DNA of 63,996 nt, counting the filler, from Octopus bimaculoides (lineage: Eukaryota), in NCBI RefSeq assembly GCF_001194135.2. It is 6 parts of 6 records of this genome, joined end to end, with 100 filler letters (N's around TTAATTAATTAA, not from the genome) between each part and the next. Parts side by side here need not be neighbours in the genome. Positions count along the whole stretch, not along the records: positions 1 to 26,909 come from NC_068987.1; 5 more parts are not named here. One strand, given 5' to 3'. Below, piece by piece: positions 1 through 12,357 of this stretch (positions are counted from its first letter, which is position 1; each line of letters starts with the position of its first letter). The translations under genes and the position numbers were made by a program. A model generated the notes under the pieces. It was not told the DNA's origin and searched no databases. It saw nothing but the letters and a program-made list of their open reading frames with translations.

Positions 1-300
1 TTCTACTATAGCCTCGGGCCGACCAAAGCCTTGTGAGTGGATTTGGTAGACGGAAACTGAAAGAAGCCCGTCGTATATATGTATATATATGTGTATTTGT
101 GTGTCTGTGTTTGTCCCCCCAACATCGCTTGACAACCGATGCTGGTGTGTTTACGTCCCCGTAACTTAGCGGTTCGGCAAAAGAGACCGATAGAATAAGT
201 ACTAGGCTTCCAAAGAATTTGTCCTGGGGTTGATTTGCTCGACTAAAGGCGGTGCTCCAGCATGGCTGCAGTCAAATGACTGAAACAAGTAAAAGAGTAA
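1..300 (+). mobile_element. tRNA-derived SINE, family A (5' end cut by the window edge)
   Basis: Near-identical to the complete copy at 53606-54001, including the gtcaaatgactgaaacaagtaaaagag tail. Confidence 0.9.
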
Positions 301-304
301 GTAC

Positions 305-354
305 CAATAAGCAACAACTTCATTCCCGGGCAACGCCGGGTGGCTCTGCTAGTA
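305..354 (+). mobile_element. Helitron-type 3' terminus
   Basis: GC hairpin CCCGG-gcaacg-CCGGG followed by ctgCTAG|T. The same ~50 bp occurs inverted at about 21369-21430. Confidence 0.6.
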
Positions 355-374
355 TATATATATATTTTTTTTAT

Positions 375-600
375 TATCATCATTGTCGTTTAATGTTCGC
401 TTTCCGTGCTGGTATGGGTTGGACGGTTTGACTGAGGGCTGGCAAGCCAGAAGGCTGCACCAGGCTCCAATCTGATTTGGTAAAGCTTCTACAGCTCGAT
501 CCCCTTCCTAACCACTCCGAGAGTGTAGTGGATGCTTTTTACGTGTTACCCGCACGAGGGCCACTCAGGTGGTACTGGCATCGACCAAGCTTGAATGGTG
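375..600 (-). mobile_element. Short repeat with an RTE-type 3' tail ending in (GAT)n; family D
   Basis: The tail ccgtccaacccat.ccagca.ggaaagcg.ac.ttaaacga..atgatgat recurs at about 1545-1610, 4390-4520, 5160-5300, 9355-9600, 45560-45655, 53270-53590 and 55230-55450. Confidence 0.65.
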
Positions 601-2406
601 CTTATATATATAAATATAAGAGAACATTATTATTACTAAAAATAATAATGTTAGTGACCACTAGCATAAAAGCCGTATATGCAAAATTAATAATTATATA
701 CTTATATATAATTATACGTATATACACACAGTAGAACTTTGGTTTTTGAACAACTCTGATCACGAATAAATCGTACTTTATCTCTTGTTGTTCTCATATT
801 CATTTAATGCAGTTGAACCTCAGTTTACGAATCCCTCTGAAATACTATAATAAAAATACAGATAGGGAAAATCATATTTTTAATTAAAGATGTGATTTTC
901 TCTATTTGTATTTTTGTTACCTAATACTTGAAATTTCTTGAAATTCTTTTAAATGATATTTGGATCTACTTACCATACATGCAGAGTTACCTTGGATGTT
1001 TATTCTGCTTGCATTTGTTGGTGTCTAATTGTTTGATATAGTTAACCAAATTCACATAAAATTGAGTGCTTTATTGATATTTGCCTGGAATTTTTTATCC
1101 CTTTTTTCTTTATATACTGTTCCGTGCAAAAGTCTTCAGCCACTTTAAACTATATAAATTTCTACTAATTGCCAACTTATAAGTGGATGTGTCGCTTTGC
1201 ATTTTGTACAGATGAAACACGTTCTGAGTCATTTCCATACAAAGTCATTTCCGTACCTAATCATTTTTCTGTTTTAAAACACTATCTTTATTAGTTTATG
1301 TGAGGTGGCGAAAAACTTTTGCATGGCCATTTTAGGTGGTTGTCTCTCATCTTCCCCTCTCATTCAGAATATCTAACTACAAAATATAATGATTAGGTAG
1401 GGAAATGACTCTGACAAGGCCAATGTTTCATCTGTAAAAAAACACAATGCGAAACATCACTTATAAGTTGGCAATTAATAGAAATTTACAATAGCTTAAA
1501 GTAGCTGAAGACTTTTCCACGGTACTGTATATACATACATCATCTACAATGTCTGCCTTCCATGCTGGCATGGGTTGAACTATATCATCATCATCATCAT
1601 CATCATCATNNNNNNNNNNNNNNNNNNNNNNNNNNNNNNNNNNNNNNNNNNNNNNNNNNNNNNNNNNNNNNNNNNNNNNNNNNNNNNNNNNNNNNNNNNN
1701 NNNNNNNNNNNNNNNNNNNNNNNNNNNNNNNNNNNNNNNNNNNNNNNNNNNNNNNNNNNNNNNNNNNNNNNNNNNNNNNNNNNNNNNNNNNNNNNNNNNN
1801 NNNNNNNNNNNNNNNNNNNNNNNNNNNNNNNNNNNNNNNNNNNNNNNNNNNNNNNNNNNNNNNNNNNNNNNNNNNNNNNNNNNNNNNNNNNNNNNNNNNN
1901 NNNNNNNNNNNNNNNNNNNNNNNNNNNNNNNNNNNNNNNNNNNNNNNNNNNNNNNNNNNNNNNNNNNNNNNNNNNNNNNNNNNNNNNNNNNNNNNNNNNN
2001 NNNNNNNNNNNNNNNNNNNNNNNNAATTATATACATACATATATGAGAGAGAGAGAAAGGGAGAATATGAGGAGTTTTTGTCAGGATAACTCAAACTAAT
2101 AGGTATGCATTCTGAGTGCTTTTTACCATTTTGTACTATTTTTACCATTTGTTATGTAGCTAAATTTAGATTGAATTAAATGAAATTAAATGTCCTTGTC
2201 CTGCATTGACTAATTGTTAGCCTTTCCTCACTACTTTAATTTACACACACACACACACACACACGCATCCTGTATTGATTTGTTTGACTAAACCTTTCAA
2301 GGCAGCGTCCCAATGTTCCAGTGACTGAAACAAAAAAATGAAAACATCTTTAAATCATATTTTCTTTAAAAAAAAAAAAAAAATTCAAATTTCTGGATTA
2401 TTTCAG

Positions 2407-2553
2407 GTCAGAAGTACCTTACAGGACTATGCTGTATCTATAGCAACCCGAGGTATCATGCATAGCAATACATTGGATAAAACCCAAAACTCAGATAACC
2501 GAATGAGTTTCAGACCTTTACACAAACCAGAACTGTATTCGGTCCGAAGAAAG
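2407..2553 (+). CDS. RAD17: RAD17 coding exon (phase 0 to 0), VRSTLQDYAVSIATRGIMHSNTLDKTQNSDNRMSFRPLHKPELYSVRRK
   Basis: tttcag acceptor and AAG|gtgagt donor bound a 147-nt open exon. The SIATRG-MHSN and SFRPLHKP motifs match the RAD17 C-terminal region as I recall it (human ...SIATRGVMHSN...SFRPLHKPQW). Confidence 0.9.
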
Positions 2554-3531
2554 GTGAGTATTAAAAGTCACTTATTAAGATTATTTTAGATTGGTACTGA
2601 TTTACAAACCACCTATGATGATGAATACTAAAGAATAAAGCCAACAAGGAAGTGGGGAAACCTTTTCCACCCCAGGGCTGTTCTGTATGCAAGCCTGTTG
2701 GGTCTTTTCATGCTCAGAAAAATAATGAAGGTTTAATTTTGCAAATGTATGGGTTATGTAATTTGTAGTATTAAAATAACAACTACCCATACCTTAGAAT
2801 TCAGGTATGGGTAGTTATAAAACCCCTGATTTTTGGGAAATTAATCAGTGATTGTTTGTTGTCAATAGACTCCATGACACTCACCTTTGAGATATTGGCT
2901 ATTTTTATGCCATGTTGATTACTTAAATCCAACAAGACTTATTTGAATTTTTGTGTAAACTCTAGTAGTTTAGTATGAAAGAATTAGCTAGTATAAATAT
3001 TATGTCGTAACTCTCTACAACGAATTTCTTTGACTTCTAAATGTACTGTAAATATTAAATGTACATCAGTACACTAATGTAGCAAATAATTTCTCTTTCT
3101 TCATTTTCTTCAACCTGTTACTGAAATTTATTTCTGCAACTATGAAACTGTTTTTTTTTATAGCAGTGAAAAAGAACATGAACTTATTTATCTTCAACAT
3201 ACATGTACGTTTCAGCGTCTTGATATAGATANNNNNNNNNNNNNNNNNNNNNNNNNNNNNNNNNNNNNNNNNNNNNNNNNNNNNNNNNNNNNNNNNNNNN
3301 NNNNNNNNNNNNNNNNATATATATATATATAATTCATCATGGTATTTATGTAGCTTGTATTAAGATTTACGTATAGTGATAATACTTATAATTAAGTTAT
3401 AAGTGATGGATTTATCAATATAGATTCCTACTCAAGAAATAAAATATATTTATTATCTATTCCAAGTCGAAACCATATAAATAAGATAAAATAAAACACC
3501 CTTATAAAAGTGGTACCCAATTCACTGTTAT

Positions 3532-4340
3532 ACCATCAACAACTACAAGCTGGAGGTAGTCTATGAGGTCATCTACCTTGGCTCTACCATTTCTGATGAC
3601 CTCTGCCTAGACTCTGAGATGAGTAGGCAAGTTGGATGAGCATCTTTCACATTTCCTAGGTTCATAAAGAGAGTTTTGGGAAACAGAAACTGACTGCAAA
3701 CACCAATGTTGCTGTCTATAAGGCATGCATCCTTAGCACACTATGGCAGTGAGACCTGGAGCCTCTAGTCCAGACAGGAGCAGTGTCTCAACATCTTCTG
3801 CCTTTGTAATCTGAGATGCATCTTGGCTATCAAGTGGACTGACCAAGTCACCAACACTGAAGTCCTCAACTACGCCAAGATACTCAGTATATTCACCCTG
3901 CTCCAGCAGCGCCATTCACACTGGCTCAGTCATGTACATCGTATACTGGATAGAAGGATCCCAAAAGACCTCCTGTGTGGAGACTTGGCCAACGACATGA
4001 GCACAAGGATGACCTCATTTTCATTTCAAGGACATCTGCAAGAGATATGAAGGCAATCAATCTGGACGTCCTGAGATGGGAGGAGGTTGCAAATGATTGC
4101 CTACGCTGGAGATAAATACTGTGAAAGGGGATGGAGTGAAGGGATGAGAAACTGGAACTTGCCACCAAGGAAAAGCCAGTAGTGCCGGTAGAAAGCTCCT
4201 TCAAATGCAATCACTGTATGCATGATTGCCACTTCTGTGTGGGCCTCCACAACCACAGCAGATGCTGCAGCACCATCAGCAGGTGACAGAAATTCTCCAG
4301 GTGCAAATCCATGATCTTTTGAGACCAATGGATGCCTACC
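3532..4340 (+). mobile_element. 5'-truncated RTE-clade LINE: RT C-terminus, terminal Cys/His motif and 3' tail
   Basis: Translation gives YLGSTIS, VYKACILSTL, GSETW, LRCILAIKWTDQVTNTEVL, RIPKDLL and CNHCMHDC...GLHNH, with stops and frameshifts. Confidence 0.9.
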
Positions 4341-4640
4341 ATGTTGTTCATGATTTAACTGATGAAAACATTGTTGTCCTCCTCCTCCTCATCATCATTT
4401 AATCATGTTTTCTAAGCTGGTATGAGTTGAATGACTGGAGCAGAGTTGTATCAGGGCTCTGATATAAGCTTTGGCCTGGTTTATATGGCTGGATGCCCTT
4501 CCTAGTGCCAAATATGAAAAAATAATTTGGTTTAAAAAAAATTATGATCAAATGACAGAAAATTTCACATATTTAAAATTACCATTTCAATTGGTTTTGA
4601 AATGTAATTCTGAATAAAAATAATTTTTTTTTTGTTTCAG

Positions 4641-4680
4641 TTCAGGGACCGGTACCAAGCAAGTAAAGATATTTTTAGTT
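4641..4680 (+). CDS. RAD17: RAD17 coding exon (phase 0 to 1), FRDRYQASKDIFS
   Basis: Poly-T gtttcag acceptor and gtaagt donor. The phase fits both neighbours, and the peptide aligns to human YRENCLAAKALF. Confidence 0.8.
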
Positions 4681-4744
4681 GTAAGTAATGAATACCAAAC
4701 TCTGGCAAATAATTATTTTTACCTCTTAATTTTGATGCTTTGAC

Positions 4745-4962
4745 TTAACCCTTTAACATTCATGTTACTCTGTTAAATGTAATGCTTTATTGTTTTGAAT
4801 TAATCTTGAATTATCTCATAGCTTCAAGATTTCAATGATGTTATTTATGTTTAGAATGCTATTGTAGGGTACGTGTGAGAGGCCAGATCTGGATCGTTTT
4901 AAACATAAAGCAGGTAGAATATTCGGGTCAGATATGTCTGGTTTAAATGCTAAAGGATTTAA
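4745..4962. mobile_element. TTAA-flanked MITE (piggyBac-like, non-autonomous)
   Basis: TTAA|CCCTTTAACATT...AAATGCTAAAGGA.TTAA termini. About 215 bp, homologous to the copies at 6061-6507, 7238-7422 and 52239-52458. Confidence 0.8.
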
Positions 4963-6056
4963 TAATAATGATGATAATAATAATAATAATAATAATAATC
5001 TATAGATATGACTTAAACAGTAAATCACTGGATTAAATTACATAGAGGTGATTCTCTTAATCTGGTCATGAGAAAACTCTGACCCATGTGAGCACGAAAA
5101 AGTAGGCGTGGTGGTGGTGGTGGTGGCAATGGTAGCATATTTTGGAAACTAAACTTTGCCATTATCATCATCGTTTTAATGTTCACTTTTTCATGCTTGC
5201 ACGGGTTGGACAGAATTTATCAAGATAGATTTTTCTGTGGCTGGATGTCCTTCCTGTTGTCAAACCATACCTGTTTCCAAGTTAAGTAATATTTCTCCAT
5301 AACCAGACATATTATCAGAGAATATTGGAAATGAAATGATGCTGCCTGTATCGCTCTGTCAAGACAAGGACACACAACTACACATACACACAGACCTCTT
5401 TTAGTGTCTGTCTACAGAATCCACTTACAAGGCTTTGGTTGGCTTGGCACTATAGTAGAAGACACCTGCCCAAAAATGCCATGCAGTGAGACTGAACTCA
5501 AAATTATGTGGTTGGAAAACGAACTTCTTAATCACACAACCAAGCCTATGCTTACTTCTACACAGTCATGCCTGTGCCATAAATATCAGTTGACTTGATG
5601 CTCTCCCTAGAAAAATGGTTTCTGTGTAGTTAATAGAAATCAATATTCTATGAAAATAAGTAAAGGAAAGCTTCTGGTGTTCTGATTTAATGGACAAGTT
5701 TTGGTTCATAGTGGTGGTTATTTCTTGAAAAAGCATCAACACCTCAGTTTCTCAGTTCCCCATCCTCAAATCTTATGTCTAATTAAAAGAAGTAAATATC
5801 TGATCAATTCTACAAATCTGGAATTCAGATCCCACCCTAAATTTTGCATTTAATTTATTACACAAAATACACTGTTGTAGTTGGTTTAGTGCTAATTATT
5901 ATCAATTTTCTGGTCATTAAAATGGCCTAACAGCTCAGATAGACTGATTGATGGACTATGGTCTGAAACTGAATTAACTTGATGAATACCTTACTGACAG
6001 TTAGGTGGGCTGATTGGTAAACTTGTCTGAGATTGAACTGGGTGATCTCGTATCTA

Positions 6057-6511
6057 TTAACCCATTAGTGTTCAGATTACTCTGTCAGATGTAATGCTAA
6101 TTTATTCACATTGTTTTCAATTAAGCATGCATATTACCTTGTTGCTTGGAGATTTTGATGATGTGATTGTTTATTTTTAGAATAACATTGTAGGGTAGGT
6201 GTGAGAGGCCACATTTTGCTGATTTGAACATAGAGCAGGTAGAATATTTAGGCCAGATATGGCTGGTTTAAATGTTAAAGGGTTAACCCTTTAGTGTTCA
6301 CATTATTCTGTCAAAATTAATGCTTTTTAATCCACATTGTTTTGAACTAATCATGCATTATCTTCTAGCTATGAGATTTTGATGAGGTAGCAGTTAATTT
6401 TCAAAATGATATTGTAGGGTTGGTGTGAGAGACCAGATCTGGCCAGTTTGAACATTGAATAAGCAGAATACTTTTGGCCGGATGTGGCCGGTTTAAATGC
6501 TAAAGGGTTAA
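6057..6511. mobile_element. Two tandem TTAA MITEs sharing one TTAA (6061-6282 and 6287-6507)
   Basis: Structure is TTAA-MITE-TTAA(6283-6286)-MITE-TTAA, with CCC(A/T)TTAG and (T/C)TAAAGGG ends. Confidence 0.85.
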
Positions 6512-6936
6512 AGCTAGATTGATTGATTGGTAGATTTTAGTCCGAGATTGAGCAATCTTTGTTAAAAAAAACCCAACGAAAATGAAACTCCTGCTGTAGA
6601 TTTGAACCTGTGGCCTATGAGCTTGTATTTTAGTTTATTATCTATTCAGTTATTTCACTCCTTCACACAACATACTACTTAAGTCAATGAAGTGAACTCT
6701 GTAGTGGCTTGATCTATTTGAAATAGCTGTCAAAATTTTCTTCAAAGTATACCCTACCTTTTTAAATTGAAAGAGCATATTGTTATACTAATGCCTGAGA
6801 AGGTGGATGTTAAAGTACCTTTGGTCATAGGTTTGCTCAATCAGTTCTGACCAGGGGCTAAACAACAACCCTTGGTAAAGGATGGCAAATCTGGTTTTCT
6901 GAATTTTCAAGTCATTTATTAGATACTCCTATGACT

Positions 6937-7008
6937 TTATTCATGTTGTCCTTTTTACTATTTCCAGACAAATATCATTTGTAAATGATACCTTTATGCT
7001 TTCAAAAA
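6937..7008 (+). pseudogene. Degenerate duplicate of the RAD17 acceptor and exon at 8391
   Basis: tttattca.gttg.cct..ttactatttccag(a)acaaatatcatttgtaaatga is shared with about 8358-8412. This copy has a 1-nt deletion and no donor of its own. Confidence 0.75.
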
Positions 7009-7052
7009 CCTTTTTACTCTTCACTAAAACAACTGATTTTCATCTCTTTCAG

Positions 7053-7139
7053 TTCCTATTCTTGGTGCTTCCAATGAGGTCCTACTCACAGAAATTGTTC
7101 CCTACATGAAGTTAACTAATGTTATAATGCATTCACCTA
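7053..7139 (+). CDS. RAD17: RAD17 coding exon (phase 1 to 1), FPILGASNEVLLTEIVPYMKLTNVIMHSP
   Basis: ctctttcag acceptor and gtaagg donor bound an 87-nt open frame. LLTEIVPYM aligns to human LQTQLLPYL. Confidence 0.85.
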
Positions 7140-7233
7140 GTAAGGAATTCTTTAGTTTTTTTTGGGTTTTTTAAAAAAAATTGTTTATAATTTTCAGTGG
7201 CTTTCACTATTGTGGGAGTTTAAAATTAGTAAT

Positions 7234-7426
7234 TTAGCCTTTTAGCATTCAGATTACTCTGTCAAATTTATTGCTTATTGATTCACATTGTTTTGAATTA
7301 ATCATGCATTGTCTTATAACTTTGAGATTTTGATGATTGCTTATTTTTAGAATGACATTGTGTAGGGTCGGTGTGGTAGGTTGGATCTGGGACCTGATAT
7401 AGCTGATTTAAATGCTAAAGGGTCAA
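7234..7426. mobile_element. TTAA MITE, diverged copy
   Basis: Same body and AAATGCTAAAGGG end; the flanking TTAA sites are mutated. Confidence 0.75.
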
Positions 7427-7687
7427 GTGGAGTAGAGGCTGTTTTAGTATAGATGAAAAAAAGACATAGCAAGATAAATGTTTAACAAGAGGAAAATATT
7501 TCCTAAATATTTCATGTGTGAAGATATGTCAGGTAGACTAACTAGTGGTTCTCAAACAGGCAATTACCAACTCCACCAAATACAAGACCTACTCCTCTTT
7601 TTAAATGAGATGAAATAGTTTGTATCCATATGATTCTGCTGTCTTTGACTTTGCATTGGACAAGTTTAAAACNNNNNNNNNNATATA

Positions 7688-7721
<34 letters not shown>

Positions 7722-7740
<19 letters not shown>

Positions 7741-7948
7741 TTTGTTTGGGTTTTTCCCTATCACAGCTTGACAACTGCTGTTAGTTTGTTTACACTCTGT
7801 AACTTTGTGGTTTGTGAAAAGAGACTGATAGAATAAGTACTAGGTTTTAAAAACTTAAGTGTTGGGGTTGATTTGTTCAACTAAACCCTTCAATGCAGAA
7901 CTCCAGCTTGGCTACAGTTCAATGGCTGAAAAAAGTAAAAGATAAAAG
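7722..7948 (+). mobile_element. SINE family A, 3' half
   Basis: gcttgacaac...gatagaataagtactagg...aatggctgaaa...gtaaaag matches the family A 3' half. Confidence 0.75.
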
Positions 7949-8390
7949 ATTCATCTGCTCCCTTTTCAGTCCACACTGCCCTTCCCCAGCCTTCTGAGAA
8001 ACACTGAGTTAGACTGCTTTTATTTGGATGCAGTCTAGAAACTGTGTATGTGGTGGGTGCTCTGTCATCAGTTGCTTTGGTGCAGGGGCAGGGTATAATT
8101 GTGCTTTGTGAAAGACGAGCAGCTGTTTAAAGATTAACATTTTTACTTCTGATTCTGAAGAGGAAATGTAGCTTTTGATAGATGGAGAATACAGGAGTGG
8201 TGGGTCTCCTTTATTTGATGGTGTTATCTAAATATTTTCTACTGCATCATGTTGCTAGTATGTGTGTCATAGGTTTGTCATTATTGTCTTTGATAACAAA
8301 CAACAGTATGCCACACACACACACACACACAACTATGGTACTCATTGACTTGACTCATTTATTCAAGTTGCCCTATTTTACTATTTCCAG

Positions 8391-8442
8391 AACAAATATC
8401 ATTTGTAAATGACATCTGTACCTTTCCAAAGTTTCACTCAAG
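8391..8442 (+). CDS. RAD17: RAD17 coding exon (phase 1 to 2), KQISFVNDICTFPKFHS(R)
   Basis: atttccag acceptor and AG|gtaagt donor. QISFVNDI matches human QISFIQDI. I could not locate the next exon. Confidence 0.85.
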
Positions 8443-8799
8443 GTAAGTTTCCTGAAAATTTATCTTTATTTTTCACTTTATTACTTTGCTACAGTAATTC
8501 TTCATCATCCTCATCGTTTTTGTACTTATTTTTCCATGCTGGCATTTTTAGAGGTCTGCCTTTGCTGATGCCAACCGTTATAGTTGCCCCTTACAACATG
8601 CAGAGCTACAATGCACTTATTCTAGAAACCTGATACACATAAATGTTGTTTAAGACCTATTATTTTGTTTTCTGTCATAAATTTTCCTTCCATGTGTAAA
8701 CTTAATGGGTCATATGCATGGCTTTGTGGCTAAGAAGTTTGCTTCATAATGATTAAAATATCTGGTGGCTTAAAATGTCTGGTGGGGTAGGATTTAGCC

Positions 8800-9170
8800 T
8801 TGTTACCTATATAGTTAATCAGGTTGTCCATGAGGCAGTCATACTCAGTGATTGGTGTAGCAGCATTATAGTTAACTGCTGCAAAGACAAAGGTGATTGA
8901 TGCCTTAAGTAGAAATAATTACAGAGGCATAAAATTGCTGGACCAGGTGATGAAAATCCCTGAAAGGATCATAGTTCTATTAATTAGGAAGAGAGTAAGT
9001 GTAGATTAGATGCAGTTCGGATTTGTACCAGGCAGGAGCACAATCGATGCTATATTCCTGGTTAGGTAACTGCAGAAATACTTAGCCAAAAATAAACCTC
9101 TGTACCTGGCTTTTGTCAACATGGAGAAAACTTTTGATAGAGTCCTCTGCTCCCTTATCTAATGGTCAAT
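8800..9170 (+). mobile_element. RTE-clade LINE internal fragment (N-terminal RT motifs)
   Basis: Translation gives SDWCSSIIVNC, NYRGIKLL, MQFGFVPGRSTIDAIF and LYLAFVNMEKTFDRV, with stops. Confidence 0.9.
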
Positions 9171-9613
9171 ATAAATCTTCGGTTATATATCTCTCTTTTG
9201 TTTTATGTTCACTGGCAAAAGATCTAAACACCAAAATGTGCTGTTGGAACTCTTGCAATGATCATAACCATAATCTGTTAATCAGTGGTATCATGCTGTC
9301 CTGCTTAATTAAGGTTTTAGTCCTTAACATTGTCCTGTCTCACAAATATGTTTCAGCATTGTCATCGTTTTAAACTTTTCAATGTTTGCATGAGTTGAAT
9401 GCAGTTTGTTGAGGCTGATTTTCTATGGCTGGATGCCCATCCTGTCACCAACCCACATCTGTTTCCAAGTCAGGTCATATTTTCCCATGTCCAGAAAATG
9501 TTTTCACAAAAGAGCCATATACAAAGCACACTGCTTGCATGATGGTGACACTTGCTTACAATCATGTGTTATCATGACAACGAGACAGTAACACACACAC
9601 ACACACGCACGCA

Positions 9614-9645
<32 letters not shown>

Positions 9646-10460
9646 CCTTCTATGATGGGCTTCTTCCATTATTTCATTCAAATTTTCTAGATTTTCAAAA
9701 CTAATTCTTGTTAGCTTAGGAAACAAAATCTAAAATTGCCAAGAAACATACCCTTGCAAAAATTAACCCTATGTTGCTAGAAAAGAAGTCATCTTTGAAT
9801 CACACATTCACATATAATTTCCAGTTTTCCTACCTTGTATAAGTGCTGGGAAACGGGTGATGGNNNNNNNNNNNNNNNNNNNNNNNNNNNNNNNNNNNNN
9901 NNNNNNNNNNNNNNNNNNNNNNNNNNNNNNNNNNNNNNNNNNNNNNNNNNNNNNNNNNNNNNNNNNNNNNNNNNNNNNNNNNNNNNNNNNNNNNNNNNNN
10001 NNNNNNNNNNNNNNNNNNNNNNNNNNNNNNNNNNNNNNNNNNNNNNNNNNNNNNNNNNNNNNNNNNNNNNNNNNNNNNNNNNNNNNNNNNNNNNNNNNNN
10101 NNNNNNNNNNNNNNNNNNNNNNNNNNNNNNNNNNNNNNNNNNNNNNNNNNNNNNNNNNNNNNNNNNNNNNNNNNNNNNNNNNNNNNNNNNNNNNNNNNNN
10201 NNNNNNNNNNNNNNNNNNNNNNNNNNNNNNNNNNNNNNNNNNNNNNNNNNNNNNNNNNNNNNNNNNNNNNNNNNNNNNNNNNNNNNNNNNNNNNNNNNNN
10301 NNNNNNNNNNNNNNNNNNNNNNNNNNNNNNNNNNNNNNNNNNNNNNNNNNNNNNNNNNNNNNNNNNNNNNNNNNNNNNNNNNNNNNNNNNNNNNNNNNNN
10401 NNNNNNNNNNNNNNNNNNNNNNNNNNNNNNNNNNNNNNNNNNNNNNNNNNNNNNNNNNNN

Positions 10461-10529
<69 letters not shown>

Positions 10530-11079
10530 AGAGAGTGTGTAGATAGATATGTATGTGTATACATACACATATATAGACATGCATATATATATATATATAT
10601 GTATATAGATATATATATATGTATAGATATAAATATATGCATAGATATGGATATATAATGTACCTATTTATATATGCATCTTTGCATGTGCATGCATATA
10701 TATGTGTATGTTTGTTTACATATTTTAGATCGAAGAAATCAGTAAAATATATTATCTTTAACTTGGAAACGTTAAATAAGGGCTTGTATCAGAAATGGGA
10801 AAATGGAAGTGTATATATATATATATATGTATGTATGTATGTATATATATATGTGTGTGTGTGTGTGTATCATATTGTTCACATAACATTTATATATAAG
10901 CTGTTATGTAAATGATATTATTTTGTGAACAATAGTATTTAATATTTAATTTCATATATATATATATATATATATATTGCTGGAATGTAAATGTACGTGT
11001 GTGTGCATGCATGTGCATAGATATGTACATATATACAAATATATATGCAATATATATATGTATATACAAATATATATGC

Positions 11080-12357
11080 ATATACATAGATATAATACTA
11101 CTACACCAGTCACTAGATCTTATACCTCTCTGAATAATAGCAATTTGTGACACAGTGTGAAGGCAGACATAGAACTTTTGTCAGCACTTTTATGAATCCT
11201 ATAGATTTTGGTATTTCTTAAAACGTGTGCAGGACATGACTGAGGCTGATTCTGATGCTGCTGCTTCTTGATGCATCCACTTTAAAGCCTTTTGTTGTTG
11301 TATTCTTACTGTTTATATTCAAATGAATTTTTTTCAAATTTCTTTATTGTCATGAGAAAACAGCCCAAGTCAAATATACCGTAGAGACATTACCTTTGCT
11401 GATTTGTATTTGTTGCCCGCATCTTGCCTCCATATGTAAACATCGGAAGACAGAGTTTTGTACATCTTTATTTTCATTGTTGGGTTGATGTCTGATAATC
11501 AGAAGTGTTGAAGCTGTGACATTGCTCCACATTCCACTCTCCGTCTATCTATGATGTCACTGAGTTATGAGAGAGAGAGATCAGTTACAGTTGATCCAAG
11601 GTAAGTGAATTTATCAACCTTGGATAGCTATTTCCTTTGTCTGGATGCCTCTTGTTTTGCCTGTGTTTATATTAATGGTGATGTACTTTTTCTTTTATTT
11701 GTTCATTTCTTGTCCCGTAGTCTTTGCTTCTCACATGACACGATCCAAATAGTCCTTTTCTTACATGGGGTTAGGAGCAAAGGAAACAACGTCATCTGCA
11801 AATGTGAGATAGACAAACTTACGTGACTGATATGCGAATTCCATCCTCCATATGGGCTGCAGCTTTCATTGCATGATCCATAACCAAAAAAAAACAGATA
11901 TGGGGCTCTGGTATCACCTTGTAGAATTCAACTCTGAGATGTAAATACAGGGAACTGTTTTCCATTAACAAGGACTTATGTTGTTTGATGTAAGGGAACA
12001 GTGTTACAGGACAAATTCTGGCTCTGATTGTGCTATTTCTTGATGAATTCGTTTTAAAACTTTTTGTTGGTGTATTCTTACACTTTATATTCAAATGAAT
12101 GTTTTCAAACTTCTTACTGCCATCAGAAAACAGTGAAATCAAATATCTGACTTATATGTCATCTGCAGATGGAGAGGACATTACTCTTATGCGTAACTCT
12201 AAAGGCGTTGATATCCGAGCACGTAATCTCATGTTCATATATCCAATGGATTGGAAGCCAGAAATGCGGTGTTTTTATATTCAGGATTTCTACTTGGAGA
12301 GTGACACCTTCTCCTCATTGAACTGGTGTCAAAACTATATATCTTTAAAATATGTAT
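11080..12357 (-). repeat. Local low-copy repeat cluster 1 (units at about 11080-11380 and 12000-12357), decayed RTE LINE fragment
   Basis: Homologous to 15940-16030 and 24800-26910. Minus frames read IIQRGIRSSDWCSSII and VDASRSSSIRISLSHV, resembling the RTE region just upstream of and entering RT. Confidence 0.6.

Noticed and set aside
9789-10642. Long ORFs made of X, YI, HT, CV or ER runs, here and throughout the window
   Set aside because: They arise from N-gaps and dinucleotide microsatellites.
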